Shown in pieces: positions 46,557 through 63,703 of a stretch of 64,000 nt of DNA (positions within the stretch are counted from its first letter, which is position 1; every line of letters starts with the position of its first letter). The stretch lies in assembly GCF_009914755.1 (NCBI RefSeq), contig NC_060935.1. One strand, 5' to 3'. Position numbers and translations under genes: made by a program. The DNA is from the human T2T-CHM13v2.0 reference genome, Homo sapiens. The notes under the pieces are model-generated. The model saw only the letters and a list, made by a program, of their open reading frames with translations. It had not been told where the DNA came from and made no database searches.

Positions 46557-47482
46557 GCTGAGAGCTATGAATGCTCCTTTGCTTTCGTAAGAGACAGCTG
46601 GGCCGCTGGAGCACTTTTCCAATCTCCAGTTTCCAGGACCCACCTCCTGCCTCCATCCCCAGGGAGTGAGGCCCGCAGATTGGTACTTAACCCACTTTGT
46701 GGTGAACCCCATGGCCACACAGGCAGAAATAGCGATGCCTGGTCCCCGAGTGGCTCAAGGTGAAGTGCGGGACTCATTTCCTGTGAGGTCATGATGGTCC
46801 GCAGATCAACCTGATGGGGTGGGAACTTTCCCAGCCTCTGCCAGCCTCGCTGTAAGAAAAGTCATGATTCTCTGCCCATCCAGAGCCAGTCTGGGCTGTC
46901 TGAGCAGGACTGTGGGACTTGGCACCCTTCCGCCTGCTGCGTCTAACACTCCTCACCAGCCTAATTCTTTGCCCCTACTCCGTACCTCTCTCAAAACACA
47001 CAGAAGGGGGACAAATGCGGCTTCTGACACAGCAGGTTCCTGGGCCCTTCAACCTCCTGGCACGTGCTAGATTTCCACCTGCCCATTTTCTGTATGTTTC
47101 GGAACTAGAACTGATCAAATGCCCTCAAACACATGACTTACACATGGTGTCACTGAAAACCTGCATTGCTATTTACAAATCAGCATTTTTAAAATTCACA
47201 AATACGTTTTTATCTGCACATCAGAGGGTGATAAAAAACAAAAGCCAAAACCCAGAAGCACCCAGATCTTGCCGTCTGAATACCGCTTTCCAGGCAAATT
47301 CCAGGGCAGAGGCAGGGGAAGTATCGGAAGAGCCCAGAGCATCTTGTGCCATAAAGTGGCTGGTGTGTCAAGGATGGTGGGGATGCACCACATGGCAGAA
47401 CACCACAGGAAGGGCAACTGCCGCCCACATCTGGACAACTTGAGCACAAAAATCAATAATGATAATGACAGATTAGAACTCA

Positions 47483-47902
<420 letters not shown>

Positions 47903-48682
47903 TCACCTGGAGAGCATCAGGGCCCTCAAAGGGAAGCGCTTCAGGCAGCTGCCCGGACTCTCCACCCCATGCTCTGCAGGGAGTGCAATTGGGCTCTCCT
48001 TAGGAACAGCACCAGGGGCCAGGGGCCAGGACAAAAGCCTCCTGGGTATTACAGATTCCTCCTCCTGTTGGTTAAGCAAAGTGCTCCGCCCACACACCCT
48101 ATGCCTCAGCCCCCTCTCCACGCCTCCTCCTCGACTCGCACAGCACCCTGAAAGACAGCAGGGTGTTCATGGTGTGGATGTCTTATCTGGGACTCTGAGC
48201 TCAAGGCATAGTGCATTCCGCCAGGTTCTGAACACTCTGTGCAACGCCCCTGCTGCTCACCTGCAGTCTAACTTCAGTGCAATTTATGTGAACAGCACTT
48301 TAACAAGGTTTTTCCTGAAGCAACAACAGCAGAACACTAATACGGGGCTCACTGTGGACCCGCTTCCCTCCACCACGCCAGGCGTCCAGATCCCACTCTC
48401 TTCAGAGATGCCGCTTTTGACCCTCCCTGGAGCAGCCAGTAGGATCTGCCTCCCTTCCCCCAGCACCCACGGCCACACTAAGCAGCCCCTGCTGCCTCCC
48501 GGGTGGGTCTCCGCAGTGTGCACCGTAAGGGCCAGTCTGCCTGTACATCCCAGCCCAGCCACACGCCATGCCAGGTACACAGCAGGTGCCCCTGGAAGAG
48601 GAGCGTCTAAAGATAACACAACAAGATAACAAGGAGGACGCCGCCTGCCTAACGTGTAAATAACAGCCCGTTCCCTGCATAC

Positions 48683-48754
48683 CTTCGTGTGGAGCTTGGC
48701 CAACTGTTTCTCATCGAGACTGGCTTGTTTATACACCCGCTTCTTGTATCGAAA
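48683..48754 (-). CDS. SHANK2: SHANK2 coding exon (72 nt, phase 0-0): FRYKKRVYKQASLDEKQLAKLHTK
   Basis: Pyrimidine tract plus TGCCAG| acceptor, donor AAG|GTATGC; continues the frame of the previous exon; conserved SHANK motif FRYKKRVY. Confidence 0.96.
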
Positions 48755-50576
48755 CTGGCACAGAAAACAAAAAAGAGAGAGAAAACAAGTCAATACTTCT
48801 CAGAGTTGTTCAGAGGGAAAACGGGCCTTTTCCTTGGCTATGTCACAGAAGACGGGGAACCCCACAGCAAACTTCCAGTTTTAAATAAATGACTGGTATT
48901 TGCACCCCAGAGCCTACAACATCCTCAGCATCACTTTTGTCAAGATTCTGTAGCAGTTTAGCTAAAAAGCCATATAAAGAAACAGGAGCAAGGGGAAGGG
49001 AAGATCCTGCAGGTGAGAAGCTGGGAGGTCTCCCTCCCGGTGACCGGCTCCCCAGCTAACTGAGTGGTTATGGTTCCTCCCAGGGGAATGGATCAGCCCT
49101 TGGCAAGGCATTTTTGGTAAATGAGGATGCTGCTTCAAACACCAGGTTTTTCTCCTACATTGTCCACCTTTGTTAAAACACACCCTAAAAGCCTGGGCTG
49201 GGAAAGGCCCCACCTCCTGTACTCCTGCAACCTCTGCCCAGATCGCTGAAGCCACTGTTTTTCCCTCCAAACAGCAGCGCCTCCTTTGAACTGGAAATTA
49301 CATCACTGCATGAACCAAGGAGCACATCTTCCTCAGATGCACGGAGTAAGCAACATTGTCGGAGTGGGCTTGGTGAGACTCTAAAATACCTCCTCCCTCC
49401 TCCAGCCCCCCGCTTGGCTGGAGATGCTGCAGAAGGTCTGGGAAGGATGCTGAGCATTTAGGAGTCACTGGAGTTTGGAGCTGGGACCTCTGTTCCAATC
49501 CCAGCCCTAATGCTCTCAACTCACAGAGTTAACTCAGGGCTGGGCACTTTCCCATCTCAGTTTCCTTATCTGCCCCATGGGGATAATAGCACCCACCTCC
49601 CAGGGTGGCCTGAGCATTGAATGTGAGCTTCCTGGCACAGACCTGGCACTAGACAAGTCCACTTTATCTCTCCCTCCTTACTGCCCTTGATGCCGTCACC
49701 CTGCACGGTTACACATGTGCTCAGAGCCAGCAAAAACCGCCCCTGGGTAAAATGATGGTGCGGGGCAGGTGGCGGGTGAGCTCATCCTGAAACTGAAAGT
49801 CGCATCTCACAGAAAAGCTTCCAAATAAACAACCCTAGTCTCCTTTCTCCACCACGCCAAACAAAATGGCTATTTGACAAAAGACAAAATTCTTGTGCAC
49901 AGACTGATACTTGTGGGGTTTTGTTTTCAACTGGCCAAATAAACCAGCTGTGAAATCGGAAAGTTCTGTGAAGCGCAGGCTGCACAGAGTTTGGGGAGAA
50001 AGTGCGCTGGTCAGAAGGGCATCCATTCATTTCCCAGAACAGAGCAGGCAGGAGGAGCTACAGGCCCATTTTAGAACTTCCACTTCTGATTCTAGATTTC
50101 AGGACAGCAGGTTCTGTGCGTCCATGCCCCGGGACCAATCACACCTCTGGTCCAGATTTCAGAAGCCACTGAGAATGATGCCAGGTGCCTTCTCAGGCTC
50201 ATGATCATGTGGCTAAGCTTAAAAGTCTCAGGGAATTCAATTCCACGGGGCCCCTTTCCAGACATAAAACAATCCGCTTGGGCCCACAGCATCTCTGGGG
50301 CAGGAGGGTAAAGGACTCAAGGAGGGAGTGTTTATTCCAGAGTCACAAACATTTATAGCCCATAGCTACAGAGGACACCGGCTCAGGACCACAGACCCTT
50401 TTTCTTGCTATTTCTCCAACATTTCATAAGCAGCCCACCATATTGTGCTGAAATTATCTGAGGCAAAGAGCCCAGACTGATGCCCGCCCCTAATGTGTCA
50501 ATCCCTGAGCCAATCTCAGCCTTTGCAGTGGGTCATGCAAAGGAGATTAATAAACCTAAGTATCGGCATCAATTTT

Positions 50577-50884
50577 GGCCGGGCGTGGTGGCTCACGCCT
50601 GTAATCCCAGCACTTTGGGAAGCCGAGGCAGGTGGATCAACCTGAGGCCAGGAGTTTGAGACCAGCCTGGCCAACATGGTGAAACCCATCTCTACTAAAA
50701 ATGCAAAAATTAGCTGGGCGTGGTGGTGGGCACCTGTAATCCTAGCTATTCAGGAGGCTGAGGCACAAGAATCGCTTGAACCCAGGAGGCAGAGGCTGCA
50801 GTGAGCCGAGATCACACCACTGCACTCTAGCCTGGATGACAGAGCGAGACTCGGTCTCAAAAACAAAACAAAACAAAAAACAAA
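50577..50884 (+). mobile_element. AluS
   Basis: Alu body; TSD-like AAGTATC[G/A]GCA[T/A]CAATTT. Confidence 0.93.
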
Positions 50885-52043
50885 GTATCAGCAACAATTT
50901 CATGACAATGAAACCAGAGCAGCAGCTGCAAAGTCAATTTGGGGACTTGTGGATGGCCAGGCTCACAACGCACACACTGCTCCATGAACACTTCCTCTGG
51001 GCCTCACGACCACTCCCGGACATCACTACTAACATTCACTCAATGTCATGAATGGGAATCCGGGGCTGAGAGAGCATGGGTGGCTGGCTCGAGGTTGCAC
51101 AGCTGCAGGTACTGGGGCCAGATGTAGAGGAGACTCCCAAATTCTCTGGTCTTCTCGCCCAGTTTTCCTGCCGTTATGGAAATGATCAGCCCCTGAAATG
51201 AACTGCATGGATTTACTCTTCCTGGTCCATCACCTCCCACTGGAGTGTAAGGTCCGTGGGATCAGAACCTTGACTTTTCTGTGCCAGAAAAGTGTGTGGT
51301 CCTTAGTTGGCCCTCAATGACAATTTTTTTCCCAATGGATACCCATTTTACAGATAAGCAAACTGAGGCCAGGACAGCTGAGTGATTTGCTCTAAACCAC
51401 ACAACTTCCAAGTGGCATCTCATCTTTTTCTACACTGAAACCCCTCCCTGAATCTGACACATGGTCCACACTGGGGATCCCAATAACCTCAGCCTCAGTG
51501 TCACAACGGAACTGAGAAACGTGCAGACGCGGCATCACCTTAGCCCTGGGTGGGCGTCCATGACATCTTGGGCTTCAGAGGAATCCCTAGTCACTGAGTA
51601 GAGAACCCACTTAGGTTGCTCAAGTGCCAGCTGCAATTACACACATGCAGCCTCTTGCTGTTGACTAAGCTAAAATGAGTGCAATCGCTGAATGATGCCA
51701 ACATGTTGTGCAGGAGTAGAAATGATCCGTTTCTGGCTTCTCTTAACTGACGTAACCCAACACGTATACACTGCAGGAAACAATGCCTGTAAACTTGGGG
51801 CGTAGCAAGCCTGGGTGAGAGAGGTAGGGACAGGGGTCGTGCATCACGTGGAAATGTGTAGGGCTGCCCCGTCTTACGGATCAGCCACTTCTGGAGGGAG
51901 GCCCAGGAGCTTGTGGCTGCTGACAGCAGCTCAAAGAGCCCCGGTCACCCGGGCAGGAAGCAGAAGTGAAGCTGTGCTGTTGAGAACAGCTGGATGGTCA
52001 CAGCCGCCCTGTTACTCAAGGACTCAGAGATGAATTGGAGAAT

Positions 52044-52748
<705 letters not shown>

Positions 52749-52757
52749 AGGAATATG

Positions 52758-53495
52758 ATGTAATTTAAAAATTCCTTCTTTGTGCCTGACTCCTGGCAGA
52801 GTTCCTAAAACGTTTGTACTGTCCTCAGTGATAAGAGTATCTCTGGAGCACTAATGAGATGACTCTCAACTCCCAGGTAGCTTCGAGGATGGGGGCTGGT
52901 GGCCGGAAGGATCAGACTATGACTCGAGGGTCAGGACTCCCAGTCGCCCTGCTGACTGGCAGGATGGAGTCCAATCACCATGGTCAGTGATTTCATCCTA
53001 TGTAATGCCTATGTAATGAAACTTCCATAAAAATACCTCAACAATGGGGCCTGGGGGCTTCTGAGCCAGCAAACACATCCACATACTGGGAGGGTGGTGC
53101 ACGCCCAACTCCACAGGGATGGAAGCTCCTGCACGCTGGGCCCTCCCGACGTCGCCTAGTGCACCTCTTCATCAGCTGTGCGTTTGTACACTTTGTAATA
53201 AGCCAGGGGTAGCAGTTAAAATGCCTTCTTAGGTTCTCTGAGCTGCTCCAGCAAGGGATGGAACCCAAAAAGGGGGTGGTGGGAACCCCTAGTTCACAGC
53301 CAAATGGGACAGAAATGTGGGTGGCCTGGGGACTTGACGTTTATGGAGGGCAGTCTTATGGGACTGAGCCCTTAAACTTGTAGTTAGTGTCAGAATTGAA
53401 TTAATTATTGACATCCAGCTGGTGTCTGGAGAGGTGGAGAAGGAAAATACACCACCCATTAGGCGCTGGGAAGGAAAAATTTAAAACCCCTCAGA
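52758..53495. mobile_element. MER21-like ERV LTR
   Basis: GGATGGGGGCTGGT...TCCACAGGGATGGAAGCTCCTGCAC...GGGACTGAGCCCTTAAAC. Confidence 0.7.
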
Positions 53496-53682
53496 GAAGC
53501 ATGGGGAGCCCCGTTCTCCATGCCCAGGGCCCATGGTCCTGGTTATGAAAGCCTGAATCAGACCCACGGTTTATTATTCACAGCAAGATTTCTCTGCAGG
53601 GATTCTTTGAATCTGTAGTGAAAAAAAAATGTATAAAAGTTGTACAACAGTGTGAGATTCATGGCAAAATCAGAAGCAACCT

Positions 53683-54067
53683 TTTATTAGTCCATTTTCA
53701 CACTGCTATAAAGAAATACCTGAGACTGGGTAATTTATAAAGGAAAGAGGTTTAGTTGACTCACAGTTCCATATGGCTGCGGAGGCCTCAGGAACATTAC
53801 AGTCATGGTGGAAGGCGAAGGGAAAGCAAGCACCTTCTTCACAAGGCAGCAGGAGAGAGAACAGCAAAGGAGGAACTTCCAGACACTTATAATAAAACCA
53901 TCAGATCTCGTGAGACCTCACTTACTATCATGAGAACAGCATGGGAAACCGCTATGATCCAATCACCTCCTCCCTCAATACATGGGGATTACAGGTCCCT
54001 CCCTCAACATGTGGGGATTACAATTAGAGGTGAGATTTCGGTGGGGACACAGAGCCAAATCATATCA
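53683..54067 (-). mobile_element. THE1-type solo LTR with 5-bp TSD AACCT
   Basis: TATTAGTCCATTTTCACACTGCTATAAAG...GGGGACACAGAGCCAAATCATATCA; AACCT at 53678 and 54068. Confidence 0.9.
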
Positions 54068-54218
54068 AACCTCAAGACCCCAGACTGATTTTTAAATGTG
54101 GGGATAATTTCCCAATGCAAATGGAATTGGTCTCGCCCCACCACCATGTCTCCCCCACCCACCATGGCATCCAGGCTGTGACACAACCACAGTCCATGCA
54201 CCGTGGGCTGAAATATAC

Positions 54219-54422
54219 CTCCAGGGAAGGAACGCCCTCACCCACGGGCTGTGGGTACTCGCGCAGGAGCCGCTCCTCATCCAGGAACTTGCCGTCACGC
54301 CCATTGCTGGCCGGCTGGAACAGGCCGTAGTTCAGGACATCTTTCAAACTCTGGGTTAATGTACACAGGATCCGCTGCTTTGCAACCCACACTGTGGCAT
54401 CCGGGTTAAATCGAATGCATTT
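54219..54422 (-). CDS. SHANK2: SHANK2 coding exon (204 nt, phase 0-0), SPN/FERM-F0-like domain: KCIRFNPDATVWVAKQRILC...YPQPVGEGVPSLE
   Basis: Acceptor CCTGGCAG|AAATGC, donor GAG|GTATAT; 68 codons; recognisable SHANK-family N-terminal sequence (LNYGLFQPASNGRDGKFLDEERLL). Confidence 0.96.
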
Positions 54423-54688
54423 CTGCCAGGAAGGACAAAGACAGCTGATGAGTGACAGAGGACGCTACCTGAGTCACCCATGTGGGGCGCGTGGTCAGAG
54501 AGGCAAAGCTGCTTCCACCCCTTCCCGACACTTCCTCTGAGCAGTGAACCCACGGCTTTTCACAGTGAAAAATAAAGCCTACTGGTTGCTGGGACACAGA
54601 CATTCGGTAAATATAAAAGGGAAAAAGGAAAGACCGAGGCATTGGTCTCTTTGGCCTTGATCTCACCATGGACTCAAATCTCCAGCAC

Positions 54689-54986
54689 TGGCCGGGTGCG
54701 GTGGCTCACGCCTGTCATCCCAGCACTTTGGGAGGTCCAGGCAAGCAGATCACAAGGTCAGGAGATCAAGACCATCCTAGCCAACATGGCGAAACCCCAT
54801 CGCTGCTAAAAATACAAAAATTTGCTGGGCATGGTGGTGCGTGTCTGTAATCCCAGCTACTCTGGAGGCTGAGGCAGGAGAATCGCTTGAATCAGGGAAT
54901 TAGAGGTTGCACTGAGCCGAGATTGCACCACTGCACTCCAGTCTGGCGACAAGGCGAGACTCCATCTCAAAAAAAAAAAAAAAAAA
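54689..54986 (+). mobile_element. AluS (Sc-like)
   Basis: Alu body with A-tail. Confidence 0.92.
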
Positions 54987-55061
54987 TTCTCTAGCCCTCA
55001 TAGTGTCTTTTTGGTCATCAATGACCACCTGTCACCTCAGGGCCCTCTCTCACTTGCATGG

Positions 55062-55235
55062 CACTTCTCAAACTCCAGCAGTTTGAAAAACACAGGTCAG
55101 AGACCCCACTTATGTCTCCCTAACATGATGTCTGATTCAGCAGGTCTGGGTGGGACCTGAGAACCTACATCTCAGACAAATCCCAAGGTGCTACTGCTGC
55201 TGCCGTCCTGGGGAACACACATTCAGAGCCACAGC
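55062..55235. mobile_element. MER5A-like DNA transposon
   Basis: TCTGATTCAGCAGGTCTGGGTGGGACCTGAGAA...TGCTGCTGCCG. Confidence 0.65.
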
Positions 55236-56666
55236 CCGCGCATATTTCAATGTGACTTAATTTTGACATGGATCGTTCTTTAGCATTTCAGATTCGGTGG
55301 AAGCCTTGTCTTATAACCACACTGACGAGAAAGTTTTCATACTACCTACGCTGACTCTGAACACAAAAGCTTTAAAAATGCAGTCATCACCTCTCCTCCC
55401 AAAGGACACAGGAAAGCAATTACGGAAAAACGATTTGATGGAAAATCAAATCAGTTGCCATGAGAGTTCATTTTTGCAAAGTTAAATAGTGTCAACAGGG
55501 CCTGCAAACCAATCACAACACTTCAAACATATAATAGCACCTCTGAGGACTGAAATAACAACAACTTGGTCATGTTCCCAGGTCCCCTCTGTGAGACTCA
55601 CCAGTGAGCCAGGAAAGGCAAAGGCCAGGCAAATCCACTTCTAGCCATGACTTCTAATTTTTGTTGAATTAAAATTATATTCTACTGAACAGCTGTCAGC
55701 AGGGGCTCAATAATTCACTTTGTCACTGTCAAAGTGTTCAGAACAAAAGGAGGTTTGATTGAATATAAGACTCAAACCAATTCTCTATCTGAGGATTCTG
55801 TGGGTTTGTGCCCAAGAAAGCAAAAGGCCCTATCATCTTCCCAAGACAGCCCGAGGGTAAGTTCCTCATCGCTGGGAAAATGATCCTGGGACGGCCAACA
55901 GGAGGTCGGGTTCAGTGGGCGGCCAGAGTCCTCCCTGCCAGGAAACCTGACCCTGTGCACAAAAGCTCCTGTTTCTCCCTTCCAATGTCAAAGGCTGAGC
56001 TCACGTGTGGCTCTCAAAGCTCCCCACAGGGCTGTGAGGCTGGGTGGGGGCAGTTGTTTATTCCAGAAAGATTTCCAGACCCGCACCCTCCCCCATCCTT
56101 GGCTAAGCAAGGACTCTCTGGAAACTCCTGGCACAAGAAACAAGCTGTATCAGGTGTGACCAGGTGGGGCCGCTCACTACTCACCCTTCAGTTGCAGGAA
56201 TCCTTCTAGGCCCCTCCAATTCAAGCTCCAACATCCACAGAGCCCATGGCTCCCTCCCTGACACCTGCAGAGAAGCTTCAGCCAAGGGGCAATTCCTTGG
56301 AGGAGCACAGGGCTCCAAACTGCCTCTCAGGGGACTTCTGTGCCACTGCAGGTGATTGCAAAGATAGGTGTCCACCGTCATTTGTGGACAGGGTGGGGAT
56401 GCTGTGTCTGTGCAGCACGGGGGCCAACCCCACAAAGCAAGAACCATCTGCTCCAGAAAATGCTAAGAGCACCACCTTGAGAATCATCTAGAAGGAGCAA
56501 GAGCTCAAAGGTCGGAAAGCCTGGGTTTGCAACCCAGTGGGGCACACCAACCTTGATTCCTAGGGAAACCCACCCACCCAGCAGTCCTCTGATTCCCCCA
56601 TGAAAATCAGAGCCACTACTTAACTTCAGGGCTGCTGTCAGGATCAAACAGAATATAAATAAGACA

Positions 56667-58345
56667 TGTTGTTATGGGCTGAACTGTGCCCCTCTAAATA
56701 AATGTTGAAGTCCTAATGCCCATACCCTATGAATGTGATTTATTTGGGAATAGGATCTTTGCAGACGTAATCAAGTTAAGATGATGTCATACAGGAGCAG
56801 GGTGGACCCTAATGCAATAACTGTGTCCTTAAAAAGGGAGTAAATCTGGATATTAGCCCTTTGTCAGATGGACAGATTGCAAAAATTTTCTCCCATTCTG
56901 TAGATTGCCTGTTCACTCTGATGGTAGTTTCTTTTGCTGTGCAGAAGCTCTTGAGTTTAATTAGATCCCACTTGTCTATTTTAGCTTTTGTTGCCATTGT
57001 TTTTGGTGTTTTAGTCATGAAGTCCTTGCCCATGCCTATGTCCTGAATGGTACTACCTAGGTTTTCTTCTAGTGTTTTTATGGTTTTAGGTCTAACATTT
57101 AAGTCTTTAATCCATCGTGAATTAATTTTTGTATAAGGTGTAAGGAAGGCATTCAGTTTCTTCTGCAAAGAACTTAAACAAATTTATAAGAAAAAATCAA
57201 ACAACCCCATCAAAAAGTGGGCAAAGGATATGAACAGACACTTTTCAAAAGAAGACATTTATGCAGCCAACAGACACATGAAAAAATGCTCATCATCACT
57301 GGTCATCAGAGAAATGCAAATCAAAACCACAATGAGATACCATCTCACACCAGTTAGAATGGCGATCATTAAAAAGTCAGGAAACAACAGGTGCTGGAGA
57401 GGATGTGGAGAAATAGGAATGCTTTTACACTGTTGGTAGGAGTGTACACTAGTTCAACTGTTGTGGAAGACAGTGTGGCAATTCCTCAAGGATCTAGAAC
57501 TAGCAATACCATTTGACCCAGTGATCCCATTACTGGGTATATACCCAAAGGATTATAAATCATGCCACTATAAAGACACATGCACACGTATGTTTACTGC
57601 GGCACTATTCACAATAGCAAAGACTTGGAACCAACCCAAATGTCCATCAATGATAGACTGGATTAAGAAAATGTGGCACATATACACCATGGAATACTAT
57701 GCAGCCATAAAAAAGAATGAGTTCATGTCCTTTGAAGTGACATGGATGAAGCTGGAAACCATCATTCTGAGCAAACTATCGCAAGGACAGAAAACCAAAC
57801 ACTGCATGTTCTCACTCATAGGTGGGAATTGAACAATGAGAACACTTGGACACAGGGCAGGGGAACATCACACATGGGGGCCTGTCTTAGTGTGGAGGGT
57901 TGGGGGAGGGAAAGCATTACGAGAAATACCTAATGTAAATGACGAGTTAATGGGTACAGCAAACCAACAAGGCACATGTATACATATGTAACAAACCTGC
58001 ACATTGTGCACATGTACCCTAGAACTTAAAGTATAATTTTAAAAAAAAGTGAGAAAATCTGGACACGGCATCATGCACACGGGGAGACGACCACGTGAAT
58101 GGGAAGGCAGAGACTGGTGTGTCCCATCTGCAAACCCAGCAATGCTAAGATTTCTGGTAAGCCCCCAGAAGCTGGGGTAGAGGTAGAGAATCTGGGACAG
58201 ATTCCCCCTCAAGCCTCAGAAGGAACCAACCTTGCCTACCCCTTGACCTTGGACTTCCAGCCTCCAGAATTTGAGACAATACGTGTCTGGGATTTAAGGC
58301 ACCAGTCTGTGGTTGGTTATGGCAGGCATGGGAACTCATAAACGT
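56667..58345 (+). mobile_element. MLT1 LTR split by an L1 insertion
   Basis: TGTTATGGGCTGAACTGTG...GTAATCAAGTTAAGATGA, resuming after 58063 with GGACTTCCAGCCTCCAGAA. Confidence 0.8.
56845..58048 (+). mobile_element. 5'-truncated, 5'-inverted primate L1 (L1PA-type): inverted 56845-57160, sense 57162-58048
   Basis: ORF-track peptides are the L1 ORF2 C-terminus on opposite strands ([16 protein letters not shown] on -, [14 protein letters not shown] on +); L1PA 3' UTR; degenerate TSD of about 20 bp. Confidence 0.93.
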
Positions 58346-59364
58346 GTGAATCACCTGCCACTAATTGTGGCAGCAAAAAAACAGCAGCATCATCATCTCT
58401 GAGAGCGGAACTCAGCAGGTCGAGCATTCCCAGCTCCCAGGGAGCTCCCCTCCCTCCATACGTGATGGGAGCCGCCCACGTGTTCACACCAGCTCCCGGC
58501 AAGCCCACGACGTCAGAAGACACTTTGGATGAATCCTACTTCAATTCTTCACCTACCCATCATTGACTCACTGTCCAATCAGGCAAACCCCAGGTCCAAG
58601 AGCAGGCCTGACACAGTACAGGTGACTGACACTGGCTGAATGATGTGGGAGCCACAAAGACAATAAATAAGAAGCAAACCAGCCTGAGGTCACCATTTGT
58701 AGTGGGGAAAAACACCTACTCAACTGTCACACAATATGGAAAAGGTAAAAATCCATGCTAACACGAGCTCCCTTGGGGACCCAGAGGAAGGAGTAAGTGA
58801 CGCTGCTTGGTAAGGAGCACACATCATAGGCTGCTGCCCAGGAATACAGAGGGATATGCGAGTCTGGGGTAGGACTTCCAGGTTGAGGGCCCATCATAAG
58901 GAGAGGGAGGGAGGCAAAGGTAGAACAGCGATGAGTCTAGCAGGTGGATGGCCCAAGACAGTTTCTGCCTTAAGTGACCCTTCCTGGTCCCACTGTTACC
59001 AGTGTGAGCCTTGGTCATGTCAAGTTCTCCTTGAGGAGAACAGTATCTGATTCTGGTCTCCCCACAGCCCTGCGAAGTGGCTATTCCTTTATAATTTGTT
59101 AGAGATGTTCTGAGTGAGTGAGTGATTTGTTAGATGACTCACAGATAGTACAGAAAGGATGGCAAAGACAACAGTGTATAGGAAGTCCCAACCCTGGCCA
59201 ACTCCTCTAAAGGATTACTGGAGGAAACAACTCTCTTCTCCTTGAGCTTCTATCTTCTGTGCACAGGGTCCTATACCAGCACCAGGACAGGAGTGGGTGA
59301 GAGGACACGAAGATGACCAAGATGTGCTCTTGCCCCTTAAAGAGTTCAGTGTCTACAGGGAGGG

Positions 59365-60320
59365 GATGATGATGATGGTGGTGATGCTGATGATGAGGGT
59401 GGTTGTAATGGTGATGATGGTGGTGGTAGTGGTGGCAGTGATGGTGGTGATAATGGTGATGATGGAGATGTTGGTAATGGCGATGATAGTGATCATGATG
59501 GTGATGATGGTGATGGTGATTGATGGTGATAATGGTGATGATGGTATTATGATAGCGATGATGGTGATGGTGATGATGGTGATGGTGATGATGGTGGTGA
59601 TGATGATGGTGATGGTGATGATAACGGTGATAATGATGGTATGATGACAGTGATAATGGTGATATTGGTGATGGGGATGGCAGTGGTGATGATTGATGAT
59701 GGTGATGATGGTGATGGTGATAATGGTGATGGTGGTGATTATGAGGATGGTGGTGATGATGGTGATGGTGACAATAATGGTGATATGATGGTATTATGAT
59801 AGTGATGATGGTGATGGTGATGGTGATGATGGTGATGCTGATGATGATAATGATGGTATGATGGTAGTGATAACGGTGATGATGTTGGTGATGGGGATGG
59901 TAGTGGTGATGAGAGTGGTGATTATGAGGATGGTGGTGATGATGGTGATGTTGATAATGGTGATAATAATGGTGATTATGAGAATGGTGGTGATGATGGT
60001 GATGGTGATAATAATGGTGATGATGGTATTATGATAGTGATGATGGTGGTGGAGGTGATGGTGATGATGGTGGTGATGATGGTGACGATAATGGTGACAA
60101 TGATGGTATGATGATAGTGATAATGGTGATGATGTTGGTGAAGGGGATGGTAGTGATGATGATGGTGATGGTGACAATCATGATGATAGTGATGGTGATC
60201 ATAATGAGGATGATGATGGTGATGATGACAGTGGTCACTGCAATGATGACAGTAGTGGTGATGATGAAGATGATGGTGATGACAGTGATAATGATAACCA
60301 TGACACAGTGATGATTACCA
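59365..60320. repeat. Degenerate (GAT/GGT)n triplet tract, opposite in orientation to the tracts at 3200-5055
   Basis: Direct reading. Confidence 0.96.
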
Positions 60321-60642
60321 TGTATTGAATCCTAATAAGCCAGAAATTACGCTAACCTTATCACCTTCACCACAACCCTAAGTGGATATTATTATTACTT
60401 TTTGTATAATATTATTATTACTGTTTATATAATAATATTATTCTCATTCTCTAGATAAAGAAGCTGAGCCTCAGAGACTCCAAGTAACTACCCCAAGGTC
60501 ACACTTCTAGAAAGCAGTAGAGGTTTGGTTTAAACCCAAGTCAAATCTCCCCATCTCCCGAGTTCTTGCTGTTCAAGTGATAGATGATGTTCCTCTCTAT
60601 ACACACCCACTGCCAATCTTAGTGCAGGCAAATCATAAATTA

Positions 60643-63703
<3,061 letters not shown>

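Noticed and set aside
56809-57832. L1 ORF2 peptides as a functional gene
   Set aside because: Truncated, inverted and frameshifted fragment lacking the endonuclease and reverse transcriptase domains.
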